The notes: generated from the letters alone by a model not told the origin. A stretch of 64,000 nt of DNA from Leptolyngbyaceae cyanobacterium (GCA_965263355.1 CBDHHL010000056.1:2080001-2144000), one strand, 5' to 3'; shown: positions 30,105 to 41,083, counted from the stretch's first letter. Program-made: numbers and translations.

Positions 30105-30689
30105 ATGTCCGCTCTAACCCTATATTCATCAAAGGAATATCTTGAGCTAGAAACCTCAGCAACATTTAAGAGTGAATATCATGATGGCAAATTGGTATCT
30201 ATGACGGGTGGATCAACCAATCATAATCAAATCATTATTAACCTGATTGCATTTTTGAAATTCAGCTTGAAGAGTAAGGGCTATCGGCAATTTGCAGGAG
30301 ACGTAAAATTATGGATACCTGCAGTGCGACGTTACACCTATCCAGATCTGATGATTGTGCAGGGAGGTCCTGTCTATCACGATAACCGGACAGATACGAT
30401 TGAAAACCCTACGGCCATCATTGAAGTTTTATCTAAGTCCACACAAGACTATGATCATGGCGATAAGTTCAGCGCCTATAGAACGATTGCCACATTTCAA
30501 GAGTATGTATTGGTTAATCAGTACAAACAACAGATTGAACACTACGTCAAAACTGCTGAGAAACGCTGGTCTTTTCGGGAATATGATGCCAATGATCAGC
30601 AGTTGTCATTAGAAAAAGTACCGTTTGAAATCTTGTTAACTGATCTGTATGATGAGGTTGATTTTGCTCTAGAAAGTCCTGGAAACTGA
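30105..30689 (+). CDS. Uma2 family endonuclease-like protein
   Basis: KSEYHDG, YPDLMIV, IIEVLSKST, EYVLVNQ. Confidence 0.9.
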   Translation: MSALTLYSSKEYLELETSATFKSEYHDGKLVSMTGGSTNHNQIIINLIAFLKFSLKSKGYRQFAGDVKLWIPAVRRYTYPDLMIVQGGPVYHDNRTDTIENPTAIIEVLSKSTQDYDHGDKFSAYRTIATFQEYVLVNQYKQQIEHYVKTAEKRWSFREYDANDQQLSLEKVPFEILLTDLYDEVDFALESPGN

Positions 30690-30788
30690 CACATTTTACT
30701 TTTCAGAATTTCAAGGAGAACGCTCCAAAGCTGCCATCCTGTTCAGGATTTATCGTTAAGGCTATGGTGCACAAATCGATGATCACAA

Positions 30789-30913
30789 ATGCTCCCATGC
30801 TAGTGAGTGAACCTATAGGCTAGCTGGACTCAGAGAAGATAAACAACGCTGGCAATTTTTGCGGAAAGCGAACGAAAGCTGTCACAGGAGGCACGGTGGT
30901 TGGTGAAGTCATT
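30789..30913 (+). pseudogene. Diverged partial duplicate of recQ (source about 29613-29736)
   Basis: GTGAGTGAACC...GAAGATAAACA...GCGGAAAGCG...GGTTGGTGAAGTCATT shared, with substitutions and indels. Confidence 0.85.
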
Positions 30914-30933
30914 TTCAAAATCTGATGAATTGC

Positions 30934-31188
30934 ATTGCCTATAGCTTGGATGCGCTGCTCTCCGGCATTTACATCTGGCTAGGCCCTATCAAACTCCGCA
31001 TTGGCGGTAGCCAACCAGAAGAAAACTATGCAGGCACTATTAGCAAAACTGGGCTCAAGCCGAGCAATTGCCTATAGCTTGGATGCGCTGCTCTCCGGCA
31101 TTTACATCTGGCTAGGCCCTATCAAACTCCGCATTGGCGGTAGCCAACCAGAAGAAAACTATGCAGGCACTATTAGCAAAACTGGGCT
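30934..31188 (+). repeat. 122-bp direct repeat x2 (30934-31055, 31067-31188) within a truncated gene ending 31249
   Basis: ATTGCCTATAGCTTGG...AAAACTGGGCT appears identical twice with an 11-bp spacer. Confidence 0.9.
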
Positions 31189-31343
31189 AGCGCTAGTGCT
31201 TCCAGACTATTGCATTTACAGCACTTACCAGGACAGCTATGATCCTTGATAAGGATAAACTGGATGGTATTGAACACATCACGGAAAAAACTCTGCCGGT
31301 TGAAAAATTTGCAAAGGCCTCTGGTTTACCCATGGGATTATTG

Positions 31344-33032
31344 TTATGACTGACTAGCATATAGCGCAGGCTTAATCGTCAGCACCTGCTGATGATAGTT
31401 TTTCAAGGTGGGCCGATGTCCCACACTAATAAACGTAATCTCCATATTCAGCAGCAACTGATAAAGATGCGCCTCATGCGCAATATCCAGCGCACTGGTG
31501 GCCTCATCCAAAATCACATAGTTAGGCCGATTCACCAATATACGAGCAAACGAAAGCCGTTGTTGTTCTCCTAACGACAACAGATCACTCCAATCTTGTT
31601 CAGTATCCAAGCCACCAAAGCGAAGGTGCAAACCAGATAACTTAACCTGTTCAAGGATATGTTCCAGATCATTATCAGTCAGTTGCTGAGTCAGATTAGG
31701 ATAATACAGCTGGTCTCGCAAGGTACCCAGAATCATATAGGGCTTCTGTGGCAAAAACAGAATTTGGTTTAGGGGAGGTCGAGAAATTTCTCCTTCACCA
31801 GAGTTCCATAACCCCGCCAATGTTCTCAACAGAGAACTCTTACCACAGCCACTTTCACCCATAATCAACAACCCCTGTCCCCTCTCTAAATTCAGCGACA
31901 AATCCTCAAACAGGGTAGTGTGATAGTTCGGTGTATGGAGGGTCAAATTGTTGATCACAACATTCTGACTATGGCTTACCTGCAAACTAGTTTCCTGCGG
32001 CTCCAGACGATCAACACTTTCCAAATAATCCTGAAAAACATAGAGACGATCAATCGAAGCCGCAAATTTAGTGTATTGGTCAAACTCATACATAATGGCA
32101 TTCACTGAGAACGCAATATTGCCAAAAGCTCCCGCCGCTTCAACTAGTTTCCCAATTTCCACATCGCCAGCTAAAATTTGGGGTCCTAAAATAATGCTAG
32201 GAATAATCCAGGGGAGAAATCCAAACTGATATTTGAATAAACTCAAATACACCTCAGACCACATAATCCAACGTTTAAAAATGTCAAACACTTGCTGAAA
32301 CAAATACCTGGCCCGCTGGTCTTCCTGGGCAATGCCGTTATAGAACGCAATTGACTCAGCATTTTCTCTCACCCGCACCAGCCCAAACCGAAAATCTGCT
32401 TCCCGTTTTAGTTTTTCAAAGTTAAGCTGCGTCAACCGACGGCCATAAAAGACAAAGGTCAGTACATAGGCTAACAGGGTGTACACGACCAAAGCCAAGA
32501 CTAGATCATCAGAAATAGCATATAAAACAAGGCCAAATGAGATCACAACAATGGTGGAATCTGCAATGGTGAGAAAGAATTGCAGCGATCGTTGGCACAA
32601 GATAGCAATGTCTTCCGCGATCCGTTGATCCGGGTTATCAATGTCAGGTTTAAAGTGGCTAAGATTATAAAAAGAACGATTCTGGAAATATTGTTCTAAA
32701 AAATAGTGGGTCAACCATTTTCGCCAGTGAATACCAATAGTCTCTCTCGTATAACCATAACCAACATTGACAATACCGACTAAAACAATACCGATCAATG
32801 ATACAACAATAGATCGCCAAAACCGCTCAGCATCTTGATCCACAAGGGCTGAGGTCCATTCTCCTTGCTGCGAAATCAAAACCACTTTACCTTGAGTAAA
32901 GGTAACCAGCAGCACCAATAAAAGAGCTAAAAGACTGAGGGCTTTAAGTTTCTCCTCACCAAACCAGTAAAGTCGGAAAATCTTGAAAAAGTGTTTAATA
33001 AGCTGAGGATTTCTCTTTTTCATGTATGTCAA
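31344..33032 (-). CDS. ABC transporter fused permease/ATPase (ABCD/YddA-like)
   Basis: DNPDQRIAED, EADFRFGLVRVRENAESIAFY, GESGCGKS, LSLGEQQR, ILDEATS. Confidence 0.93.
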   Translation of the reverse strand: MTYMKKRNPQLIKHFFKIFRLYWFGEEKLKALSLLALLLVLLVTFTQGKVVLISQQGEWTSALVDQDAERFWRSIVVSLIGIVLVGIVNVGYGYTRETIGIHWRKWLTHYFLEQYFQNRSFYNLSHFKPDIDNPDQRIAEDIAILCQRSLQFFLTIADSTIVVISFGLVLYAISDDLVLALVVYTLLAYVLTFVFYGRRLTQLNFEKLKREADFRFGLVRVRENAESIAFYNGIAQEDQRARYLFQQVFDIFKRWIMWSEVYLSLFKYQFGFLPWIIPSIILGPQILAGDVEIGKLVEAAGAFGNIAFSVNAIMYEFDQYTKFAASIDRLYVFQDYLESVDRLEPQETSLQVSHSQNVVINNLTLHTPNYHTTLFEDLSLNLERGQGLLIMGESGCGKSSLLRTLAGLWNSGEGEISRPPLNQILFLPQKPYMILGTLRDQLYYPNLTQQLTDNDLEHILEQVKLSGLHLRFGGLDTEQDWSDLLSLGEQQRLSFARILVNRPNYVILDEATSALDIAHEAHLYQLLLNMEITFISVGHRPTLKNYHQQVLTIKPALYASQS

Positions 33033-33057
33033 TAAGGTGTTAGGTTAGGCACTTTTT

Positions 33058-33330
33058 CTAACTTCTTCTAATCAGGTCCAACCCACAAATACCGGCAAAT
33101 CCAGCAAAGAAATATGCTGAAAACTGTCCTGCATGAGAATCAATTAACGGAGTTGAAGCACCAATCAACCGACCAGAATTATCACTTGCTGTAAAAATCA
33201 ACACAAATGCTACCAGACATAGACCAACGCCTTTACCCAGGGTATAGTGCCTACTTTTAGAATATTTTTTCGGCTGCATGGGTGTCTTCTGCATCGTGGC
33301 CTCTCGACGTTTTAACTGTTTGCCATTCAT
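33058..33330 (-). CDS. Small hypothetical membrane protein
   Basis: Two hydrophobic segments; co-oriented with the ABC transporter. Confidence 0.5.
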   Translation of the reverse strand: MNGKQLKRREATMQKTPMQPKKYSKSRHYTLGKGVGLCLVAFVLIFTASDNSGRLIGASTPLIDSHAGQFSAYFFAGFAGICGLDLIRRS

Positions 33331-33334
33331 GGGC

Positions 33335-33532
33335 CTACTCCCTAGATGCCATTGTAATTAAGCCGACACCGCCCCCCATGAGCAATGCTGCCACACCCGA
33401 AATCTCACGATTTGGAATCAGGCTGATGGCTGTAAACATCAACCCAGTGCCAAACATGACACTGCCAAGGATTGCAATCATACGTTCGGAAAGAGTCATC
33501 ATAGGCAGTCCCAGCAAACATCTAGAGATCAT
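33335..33532 (-). CDS. Small hypothetical membrane protein
   Basis: Two Gly-rich hydrophobic segments; 4-nt gap to the next gene. Confidence 0.5.
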   Translation of the reverse strand: MISRCLLGLPMMTLSERMIAILGSVMFGTGLMFTAISLIPNREISGVAALLMGGGVGLITMASRE

Positions 33533-33673
33533 TGTAGGAGGCAGCTGGTTTTTACGGGATTCTTAACCTAACCTGTTCCACATTCAAAACAGTCACCTGT
33601 AGGAAACCACAAAATTTCAGCTTGTATAGAGTTTCGTGCAGTACCCTATGGCTGAGAGTTTCATACTGCGCTG

Positions 33674-36058
33674 ATGACTGCCTCTGATCACAACGCACAA
33701 CTGCAGCAACTGCGTGATAGCTTGCGGCCTGGCCAACGTCGTTTGGCCGATTGGCGCGGTGGACCGTTGGCGGTGTCAGCAGTACCAGGTTCGGGGAAGT
33801 CTACCGGTATGGCGGCTGGGGCTGCGATCGCAATCTCCCATTTCCAACTCCATGGCCGCAAACAACTCGTCCTCGTCACCTTTACCCGCTCCGCTGCAGC
33901 CAACTTAAAGGCCAAAGTTCGCCATCACCTCAGAGACCTCAAGCTGCCCTACAACAGTTTTATCGTCCAAACCTTACATGGTCTAGCCCTCAACATCGCT
34001 ACCCACAACCCCGAAGTCTCCGGCATCAACCTCGAAACCACCACCCTTGTCTCCCCCAATCAAAGCAATCGTCTCATCCGCACCGCCGTAGAAGCCTGGA
34101 TCCACACAGCACCAAACCTCTATCACCGTCTGGTCGAAGGCCAAAGCTTTGACGGCGAAGAAACCGAACGGTTGCGCCGACAGTCCGTCCTGCGTACTGA
34201 GGTCCTACCGGACCTGGCCTACACCGCCATCCATGAAGCCAAAAGCTCTGGCCTTCAGCCTGATGAGCTGAACCGCATTGGCCAACAAGCGCCCGCCAAT
34301 ATCTATAACCTATTAGAGGTGGCCGCCGGACTCTACGAACAGTATCAAACCCTGCTCAGCCAGAGAGACTTGATCGATTACGATGACATGATCCTGGCCG
34401 CACTGAAGGCCCTAGACGATCCAGATATTTGCCATCGCTGGCAACGTCAATTCTTTGCCGTATTTGAAGATGAAGCCCAGGATTCGTCGCCATTACAAAC
34501 AAGGTTGTTGGAGAAATTGGCAGCAGATCCAGATGCGGAAAAGGCAGCTTTAGGACAATTGGAAACAGGTTCCCCTCAATATCAGCGAAACAGCAGGAAC
34601 TCCCCTAATCTTGTTCGTGTTGGTGACCCCAACCAGGCCATTAACTCCACATTTACCCCTGCCGACCCTGTCTTCTTCAACCAATTTTGCGATGCCAACC
34701 GCCCCGACCGCCTCGCCACCATTGCCCAGGCCGGACGCAGTACTCAGAAAATTATGGATGCCGCCAACTACGTGCTGCAATGGGTCAACCAACAGTTCCC
34801 TAACGATGCCCTCCCGTTTCGAGCACAGGCCATTCTGCCAGTTCCCCCCGATGACCCCCAGCCCAATGCCAATCCTGCACCGTTAGGTCAGGGGGTTGAG
34901 CTAATCAAACCTGAAGACATCAATGCCTCTGTTCAGAAAATTGCGCACCGGGTTAACGCGCTGATTGATGCTTGGAAAGCAGAGAAAAAAATTAAGCCGT
35001 CAACAGCAACAGCTAAGCCACCTACATTTGCAATTTTGGTCCGAGAAAATCGTCAGGGCCGGTTTATTCGCGAAATTCTGGAAGAGCCTGAACGTCTGGG
35101 ATTTGATTTTATCGAGACTACCGGGCTTAAAATTTATGATGTGGGCAGTCGCGATCGCAGCACTCAAGTTCCCCTCGAAATGCTGCAATTGCTGCAATTT
35201 ATCGAGCGCCCCCATTCCCCCGACTATCTCAAAGGGGCCCTGCGCGTTCTCGTCAACCGCCAACGTATTCCGACCCAGGACCTCAATCCCCTCACCACTA
35301 ACCCTGAACAATTCCTTCACCCTGGCCCCCTCGATCCACCATTGACCACTGAAGCCGCCCTCAACGCCCGCCGCTACTGCACTAGCCTGCTACGGGCCCG
35401 CTTCGACCTACCGCCCTATCACCTGATCCCGTTTCTGGGCTCCACCCTCCAATACAACCAGAGCGAACTGGCCACTGCCGACAAACTAGCGGCCCGCATT
35501 GCCCAACAAACCACAGAAGATAGCAGCCTTAGCACCATGATCAGCGCCATACAAGAAATCGTTAGCTCTGAACGATTTGACGCCATCGAAGCCGAAGATA
35601 CCGAAGCCCAGTACACCCGCTCTGGCCAGCTCACCATCATGACCATGCACAAAGCCAAAGGCCTAGACTGGGATGCCGTATTTCTCCCATTCCTCCACGC
35701 CAAACTTATCCCCGGCGACTCTTGGGTTCCTCCCCAAGGGGAATTTCTCGGCAGCGTATCCTTACCCGATGTTGCCCGGGCCCAAATCCGCGCCTATAGT
35801 CATGGCAATGTCCATCAAAATTCAACCATTCCCGACATTCCTACCGCCTGGCAACGGGCCAATGACCTCAAACAAGCCGAAGAATTTCGCCTGCTCTACG
35901 TCGCCATGACCCGTGCCAAACGTCTGCTATGGATGAGTGCCGCCAAACAAGCCCCCTTCGCCTGGAGCAATCCCGATAACCTGCACGAGGGAACGCCTTG
36001 CCCAGTCTTACCTGCATTAAGCAAATTTATGCGGGAGCAACGGTCAGAGCGGCTTTAG
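33674..36058 (+). CDS. UvrD/Rep family ATP-dependent helicase
   Basis: AVPGSGKS, DEAQD, GDPNQAI, TMHKAKGLDW, LYVAMTRAK. Confidence 0.92.
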   Translation: MTASDHNAQLQQLRDSLRPGQRRLADWRGGPLAVSAVPGSGKSTGMAAGAAIAISHFQLHGRKQLVLVTFTRSAAANLKAKVRHHLRDLKLPYNSFIVQTLHGLALNIATHNPEVSGINLETTTLVSPNQSNRLIRTAVEAWIHTAPNLYHRLVEGQSFDGEETERLRRQSVLRTEVLPDLAYTAIHEAKSSGLQPDELNRIGQQAPANIYNLLEVAAGLYEQYQTLLSQRDLIDYDDMILAALKALDDPDICHRWQRQFFAVFEDEAQDSSPLQTRLLEKLAADPDAEKAALGQLETGSPQYQRNSRNSPNLVRVGDPNQAINSTFTPADPVFFNQFCDANRPDRLATIAQAGRSTQKIMDAANYVLQWVNQQFPNDALPFRAQAILPVPPDDPQPNANPAPLGQGVELIKPEDINASVQKIAHRVNALIDAWKAEKKIKPSTATAKPPTFAILVRENRQGRFIREILEEPERLGFDFIETTGLKIYDVGSRDRSTQVPLEMLQLLQFIERPHSPDYLKGALRVLVNRQRIPTQDLNPLTTNPEQFLHPGPLDPPLTTEAALNARRYCTSLLRARFDLPPYHLIPFLGSTLQYNQSELATADKLAARIAQQTTEDSSLSTMISAIQEIVSSERFDAIEAEDTEAQYTRSGQLTIMTMHKAKGLDWDAVFLPFLHAKLIPGDSWVPPQGEFLGSVSLPDVARAQIRAYSHGNVHQNSTIPDIPTAWQRANDLKQAEEFRLLYVAMTRAKRLLWMSAAKQAPFAWSNPDNLHEGTPCPVLPALSKFMREQRSERL

Positions 36059-36132
36059 AATTAGGGATAATTGATAATTAACAATGAATAGTTGATAGTT
36101 ATCAATCGTTAATTATCAATTAGGAGCCCACC

Positions 36133-36438
36133 ATGACCATCTCTCTGCTCAAGTTCTCTTCTGAAGATTGTGGTCTTTGCCACAAAATGTCCTTTTACGA
36201 CGCCAAGGTGGCCAATGAACTAGGTTTGGACTTTATCGATATCAAAATGCAAGATACAGCTACCTATCGAAAATACCGACAGATCTTACTCACTCAATAT
36301 CCAGACAAAGTAGATATGGGCTGGCCCACTTACATCATTTGTGAAGAACCAGAAGGGGAGTTCAAGATTTTAGGCGAAGTCAAAGGGGGCCATCCCAAAG
36401 GAGAATTTCGTAAACGACTTCAAGCAGTGGTGAATTGA
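36133..36438 (+). CDS. Thioredoxin-fold protein
   Basis: CGLC motif, GWPTYII. Confidence 0.75.
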   Translation: MTISLLKFSSEDCGLCHKMSFYDAKVANELGLDFIDIKMQDTATYRKYRQILLTQYPDKVDMGWPTYIICEEPEGEFKILGEVKGGHPKGEFRKRLQAVVN

Positions 36439-36496
36439 TATCATCGCCCAACGGCAAACGTTGCAAAATCATTTCCCCATGCCCATCAAGCCAAAT

Positions 36497-36526
36497 AAAA
36501 AAGCTGAAGGACTAATCCCCAGCTTT
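36497..36526 (-). terminator. Probable terminator after psaK
   Basis: AAAGCTG/CAGCTTT stem with flanking A/T run. Confidence 0.55.
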
Positions 36527-36625
36527 ATATAAAGTTATTAACGTGAAATGTTATTTGAGTCTGTCTAGCCAGACTATCTAACCCGAACAGCTAGATAGCC
36601 TGATGGATTGCATTATCTATTGGAG

Positions 36626-36889
36626 TTAAAGCACACCAACGGAGGCCAAACCAATGATGGCACCAATGCCGATGACGTGGCCTAGGCTAGTGCAGGCCAA
36701 CATTGCACCATGGCTCATACCACCGAAAAATTCGGGGGAAGGCAGGCCAAGGCCAATATTCTTATGCTTGATACCGTAGTTACCAAGCGCGATCGCAAGG
36801 ATATTACAGATGATCATGACGAGGCCCACTTTGGGGCTCCAAGCGACAGTGGCGGGAGTCACTGCCAATAAAGAAGGTAAGTAAAGCAA
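36626..36889 (-). CDS. psaK: Photosystem I subunit K
   Basis: WSPKVGLVMIICNILAI, SLGHVIGIGAIIGL. Confidence 0.92.
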   Translation of the reverse strand: MLYLPSLLAVTPATVAWSPKVGLVMIICNILAIALGNYGIKHKNIGLGLPSPEFFGGMSHGAMLACTSLGHVIGIGAIIGLASVGVL

Positions 36890-37038
36890 TTTACCGTCTC
36901 CTCTCAGAAATAGTATGGTTTTGAAGTCTGGAGCCTGACTTAGCGCAAACTAAGTACAAACCTTGTCATTATCTTTAATCAATGCGAAAGCTCAAAGACC
37001 GCCTCGTTGCAATACTTTACAATAGAGTATAAATACTT

Positions 37039-37449
37039 ATGATTCACGGTTTACTTTGGCTACCCCTTCTAGTCTTCTTTTTTTGGATTACCTGGGCCGG
37101 TTGGAACGAATACCAAAAAGTAGAAACCTACAAACAGTGGGCTACCCAATTTGAGCGCGCTAAATACGATATCTATGCCGCTTTAGGGCAAGCTGACCGC
37201 ACAATCACCTGGGGCTTACCGACGCGACAGGGGGTGATTGACTTGCAAAAAACCGAGCTAGATCACATTCACACCATAGATCTGCTGATTAAGGGTGATG
37301 ATGCATTTACCCAGCAAGTCACAGGAAACGCCAAGAAAGGTGACGCCGTCATTCAGCTAACGCTCGACAATGGCGCTACACCACAGATTCCATTTACAGA
37401 TGCCACCCTCGCAAAGCAGTGGCATGAGTTCTTAGTAAAGTCCTTATAA
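37039..37449 (+). CDS. Conserved cyanobacterial hypothetical protein
   Basis: GLLWLPLL, GWNEYQKVE, AKYDIYA. Confidence 0.8.
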   Translation: MIHGLLWLPLLVFFFWITWAGWNEYQKVETYKQWATQFERAKYDIYAALGQADRTITWGLPTRQGVIDLQKTELDHIHTIDLLIKGDDAFTQQVTGNAKKGDAVIQLTLDNGATPQIPFTDATLAKQWHEFLVKSL

Positions 37450-37636
37450 ATGTCTCGGGTTAAAACTTTTTTCCCAGAAGTGTCAGCATAAGGCCCCCAT
37501 TGGGAAGTCTTGATGCTTAAATATATTATTTTCAGACCTTCAAGCACATCGATCGGCTCTTAATCTTAAGCACAAGCAGTATCTCCTGCTCCCCCAATTT
37601 CCCCTGGCAACATCACCTACACCTACCGCCGTCTCT

Positions 37637-38476
37637 ATGCCAGACATCACCGAGTTCTCTAAGGAAAATCTGACCACCCGTCGACACAACCTCAAACGTA
37701 GACGTCATAGGCTTTTCTTGCAGAAACTATGGCAACATACGGCCATAATTGGCCTCATGGTGGGCTGTTTGAGTGTAGCCACTTCTAACCGTTGGCAGAT
37801 TCAGTCAACTGCGCAGATCACCCTCAGCGGCAATCGCCTCCTACCCGATGAGGAAATCCATGAACTTATGGATATCGACTATCCGCAATCCCTACTCAAG
37901 ATCACACCGTTGGAGTTAGAAAATATTTTGATCGCTAAAGGCCCCATTGCTGATGCGATTGTAAGACGCCGACTACTGCCACCAGGGTTAAACATTCGGA
38001 TTCAAGAACGAATACCAGTTGCGATCACACTTCCCAATACTGAAGTTGCCATTAAATCTTTAGATGACGACCCCCAAGGCTTTACCCAGATGGGGCTACT
38101 CGATGCTAATGGCTACTGGATGCCCTACAACAGCTTTACACAGCTAGGCTCCCAGGAACCAACACTTCAGATACAGGGAATGCGCCCCACTTACCAAAAA
38201 GACTGGCCTGACATATACCAAACATTAAAAACTCATCCAGTCTCCGTTTTCCAGCTAGATTGGCGCGACCCAACCAATTTGATTCTGCACACAGAGCTGG
38301 GAACAGTTCACGTCGGTCCCTACGGAGCCAATTTTTCTAAACAGTTGACTGCCCTCGACCAAATGCGCAATTTGAACGCCAAAATGAATATTGAAGAAAT
38401 TGCCTTTATTGACTTGAGCAATCCCGAAAATCCCACATTAGAAATACTCCAAGCAACTAAGACAGTAACCCCTTAA
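37637..38476 (+). CDS. ftsQ: Cell division protein FtsQ/DivIB
   Basis: Basic N-terminus, TM segment, POTRA-like region, ERIPVA; upstream of ftsZ. Confidence 0.88.
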   Translation: MPDITEFSKENLTTRRHNLKRRRHRLFLQKLWQHTAIIGLMVGCLSVATSNRWQIQSTAQITLSGNRLLPDEEIHELMDIDYPQSLLKITPLELENILIAKGPIADAIVRRRLLPPGLNIRIQERIPVAITLPNTEVAIKSLDDDPQGFTQMGLLDANGYWMPYNSFTQLGSQEPTLQIQGMRPTYQKDWPDIYQTLKTHPVSVFQLDWRDPTNLILHTELGTVHVGPYGANFSKQLTALDQMRNLNAKMNIEEIAFIDLSNPENPTLEILQATKTVTP

Positions 38477-38954
38477 TGAAGGCTATAGGTAACATCACTT
38501 AAGATCGCTGTACACACTCAACTACAATTATCTGCGGTCTTAAATCCTGATACTTAGATAGTGAGTTATAACAACTATCTCTTACTTGTAATCCAGACAA
38601 TTAGTCTGCTTTTTTGGGAAGCAAGTTCTTAACCACTAAAATTCTTGAATTAATTAGGAAGTTTAGTTGGTTTTTCAAGCAAGTTCCCGTATAGTTGACT
38701 AGAATATGAGCCCATAGTGTTCGAAATCAATCTTCAGAATCTCTGTAAAGCTCTTGGACAGCTTACTTCGGGCTTCCTCTGCATAGTTTGATGCGTCACC
38801 TGATCTGCCATTGCTAGAGACCTGCCCTAATTAGTTTGTAATTGCTATATAGTTAGTCTTTACTTTTAGGGTGGCAGTCGTTGGTGTTTTGTGACTATTT
38901 AGGTCAATAGCTCACCAACACTTCTTATTATATTTGTTGCCCTATGGTTGCCCT

Positions 38955-40196
38955 ATGTCTAACTCATCCTCACAAAACTCTCACGGAAATTCGAGCTTGA
39001 GCCTCAATATGTCTGATATGAATAATAATCATCATAATGAATCTACGTTGAGTAGTACGGCTATGGGGAGTGATATTGTGCCGGGCAGTATGGCAAGGAT
39101 TAAGGTTGTCGGTGTCGGCGGCGGTGGCTGTAATGCAGTGAATCGTATGATTGACACTGGCGTATCGGGTATCGAGTTTTGGGCCCTGAATACCGATGCC
39201 CAGGCCCTAACCAAGGCAAACAGCTCTAACCCACTACAATTGGGTCAAAAACTTACCCGTGGCCTAGGGGCAGGGGGTAATCCAGCCATTGGTCAAAAGG
39301 CCGCTGAAGAGTCACGGGATGAGATTTCAACGGCCATTGAGGGTGCTGACCTAGTCTTTATTACCGCAGGGATGGGGGGCGGCACTGGTACAGGGGCGGC
39401 TCCCGTAGTAGCGGAAGCCGCCAAAGAAGCAGGAGCGTTGACCATTGGCGTCGTCACTCGTCCCTTTACCTTTGAAGGTCGTCGTCGGACGTCCCAATCA
39501 GAAGAAGGGATCATGGCGCTACAAGAGTGTGTCGACACCCTGATCATCATTCCTAACGACAAGCTACTGTCAGTAATATCAGAGCAAACTCCGGTACAAG
39601 AAGCATTTCGGTTTGCCGATGATATTTTGCGCCAAGGCGTTCAAGGTATTTCTGACATCATTACCATCTCTGGCTTGGTCAACGTTGACTTTGCCGATGT
39701 TCGAGCGGTGATGGCCGATGCTGGATCTGCCCTCATGGGTATTGGTGTTGGGTCCGGTAAATCTCGTGCCCGAGAAGCAGCGATCGCAGCGATCTCATCA
39801 CCATTATTAGAAACGTCCATTGATGGTGCAACAGGGGCTGTGCTCAATATCACGGGCGGCAACGACATGACCCTCCATGAGGTCAATTCGGCAGCGGAGA
39901 TCATCTACGAAGCAGTTGATCCCAATGCCAATATTATCTTTGGTGCTGTGATTGATGAGCGGATGCAGGGCGAAGTGCGACTTACCGTGATCGCCACGGG
40001 CTTCAATGTCAATAGCGAATTCGGTAGTGCGAGTGCGGCGGCTACCTCACCATCGCGGATTGCCCCCCTGAAACGTCCATCCTCCGTAAATCCGGTACCA
40101 GCATCTGATATACCGAACATCCCTAGCAATCGACCTGGCACTTCACCGGACCTGGACATTCCAGATTTCCTGCAACGGCGACGGCAATCGCGGTAG
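38955..40196 (+). CDS. ftsZ: Cell division protein FtsZ (start uncertain)
   Basis: [29 protein letters not shown]. Confidence 0.98.
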   Translation: MSNSSSQNSHGNSSLSLNMSDMNNNHHNESTLSSTAMGSDIVPGSMARIKVVGVGGGGCNAVNRMIDTGVSGIEFWALNTDAQALTKANSSNPLQLGQKLTRGLGAGGNPAIGQKAAEESRDEISTAIEGADLVFITAGMGGGTGTGAAPVVAEAAKEAGALTIGVVTRPFTFEGRRRTSQSEEGIMALQECVDTLIIIPNDKLLSVISEQTPVQEAFRFADDILRQGVQGISDIITISGLVNVDFADVRAVMADAGSALMGIGVGSGKSRAREAAIAAISSPLLETSIDGATGAVLNITGGNDMTLHEVNSAAEIIYEAVDPNANIIFGAVIDERMQGEVRLTVIATGFNVNSEFGSASAAATSPSRIAPLKRPSSVNPVPASDIPNIPSNRPGTSPDLDIPDFLQRRRQSR

Positions 40197-40209
40197 GCAT
40201 TAGTTTTTT

Positions 40210-41007
40210 ATGGTTTACATTCCACCAGTAGCTCTAACCATCGCTGGCTCAGATAGTGGTGGTGGTGCTGGTATTCAAGCTGACCTGCGGACATTTTCAT
40301 TCCATGCCGTCCATGGCACCAGTGCCCTAACTTGCATTACGGCCCAAAATACCCAAGGTGTGTCACGGGTTGATGCTCTGGAGCCTGAGGCTGTCATCGC
40401 CCAAATTGAAGCTGTCGTCAACGACATTGGTATCCAGGCACTGAAAACAGGCATGTTGCTTAATCAAGCCATCATTGAAGCGGTAACAGACTATCTCAAA
40501 GGGTTAGTTGATATTGGCTGTGTGGTGGATCCGGTAATGGTCTCGCGTACGGGGGCTCAACTTATTGATGATGGTGCGATCGCAGCCCTAAAACAACTCA
40601 TTCCCCTAGCCACCGTCCTTACCCCCAATCGTTACGAAGCTGAAATTCTCAGCGGCCAATCCATCCAAACCCTGCAAGACATGGAAACGGCTGCCCAAAT
40701 TATTCATAAATTAGGGGCCCATGCCGTCATCGTTAAAGGTGGTGGCTTTGACGGCGACCTACGTGGCATTGACGTTTGGTACGATGGCACCACCCTAACC
40801 AAACTCACCACCCACTGCATTGACACCACCGATACCCACGGCACTGGCTGCACCCTTTCAGCGGCAATTGCGGCTAACCTAGCTCTGGGTTACAGTCCTT
40901 TCGAAGCGGTTACCCGCGCCAAAGACTATGTAACGAAAGCACTAGGCTACGCCTTACGAATTGGTCAGGGTCAGGGACCGGTAGGCCATTTTTATCCCTT
41001 GTTATAG
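40210..41007 (+). CDS. thiD: Hydroxymethylpyrimidine/phosphomethylpyrimidine kinase
   Basis: IAGSDSGGGAGIQAD, DPVM, HGTGCT. Confidence 0.95.
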   Translation: MVYIPPVALTIAGSDSGGGAGIQADLRTFSFHAVHGTSALTCITAQNTQGVSRVDALEPEAVIAQIEAVVNDIGIQALKTGMLLNQAIIEAVTDYLKGLVDIGCVVDPVMVSRTGAQLIDDGAIAALKQLIPLATVLTPNRYEAEILSGQSIQTLQDMETAAQIIHKLGAHAVIVKGGGFDGDLRGIDVWYDGTTLTKLTTHCIDTTDTHGTGCTLSAAIAANLALGYSPFEAVTRAKDYVTKALGYALRIGQGQGPVGHFYPLL

Positions 41008-41083
41008 GTGTTATAGGGTCATTTTTGTAGGGGTGTTGCATGCAACGCTCCTACAAAAATGACCCGGAAAAAACCCTTGTGAA

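Noticed and set aside
31001..31249. 82-aa ORF as a real gene
   Set aside because: Its N-terminus is an off-frame reading of the first repeat copy
40197..40209. TPP riboswitch before thiD
   Set aside because: Only 13 nt separate ftsZ and thiD
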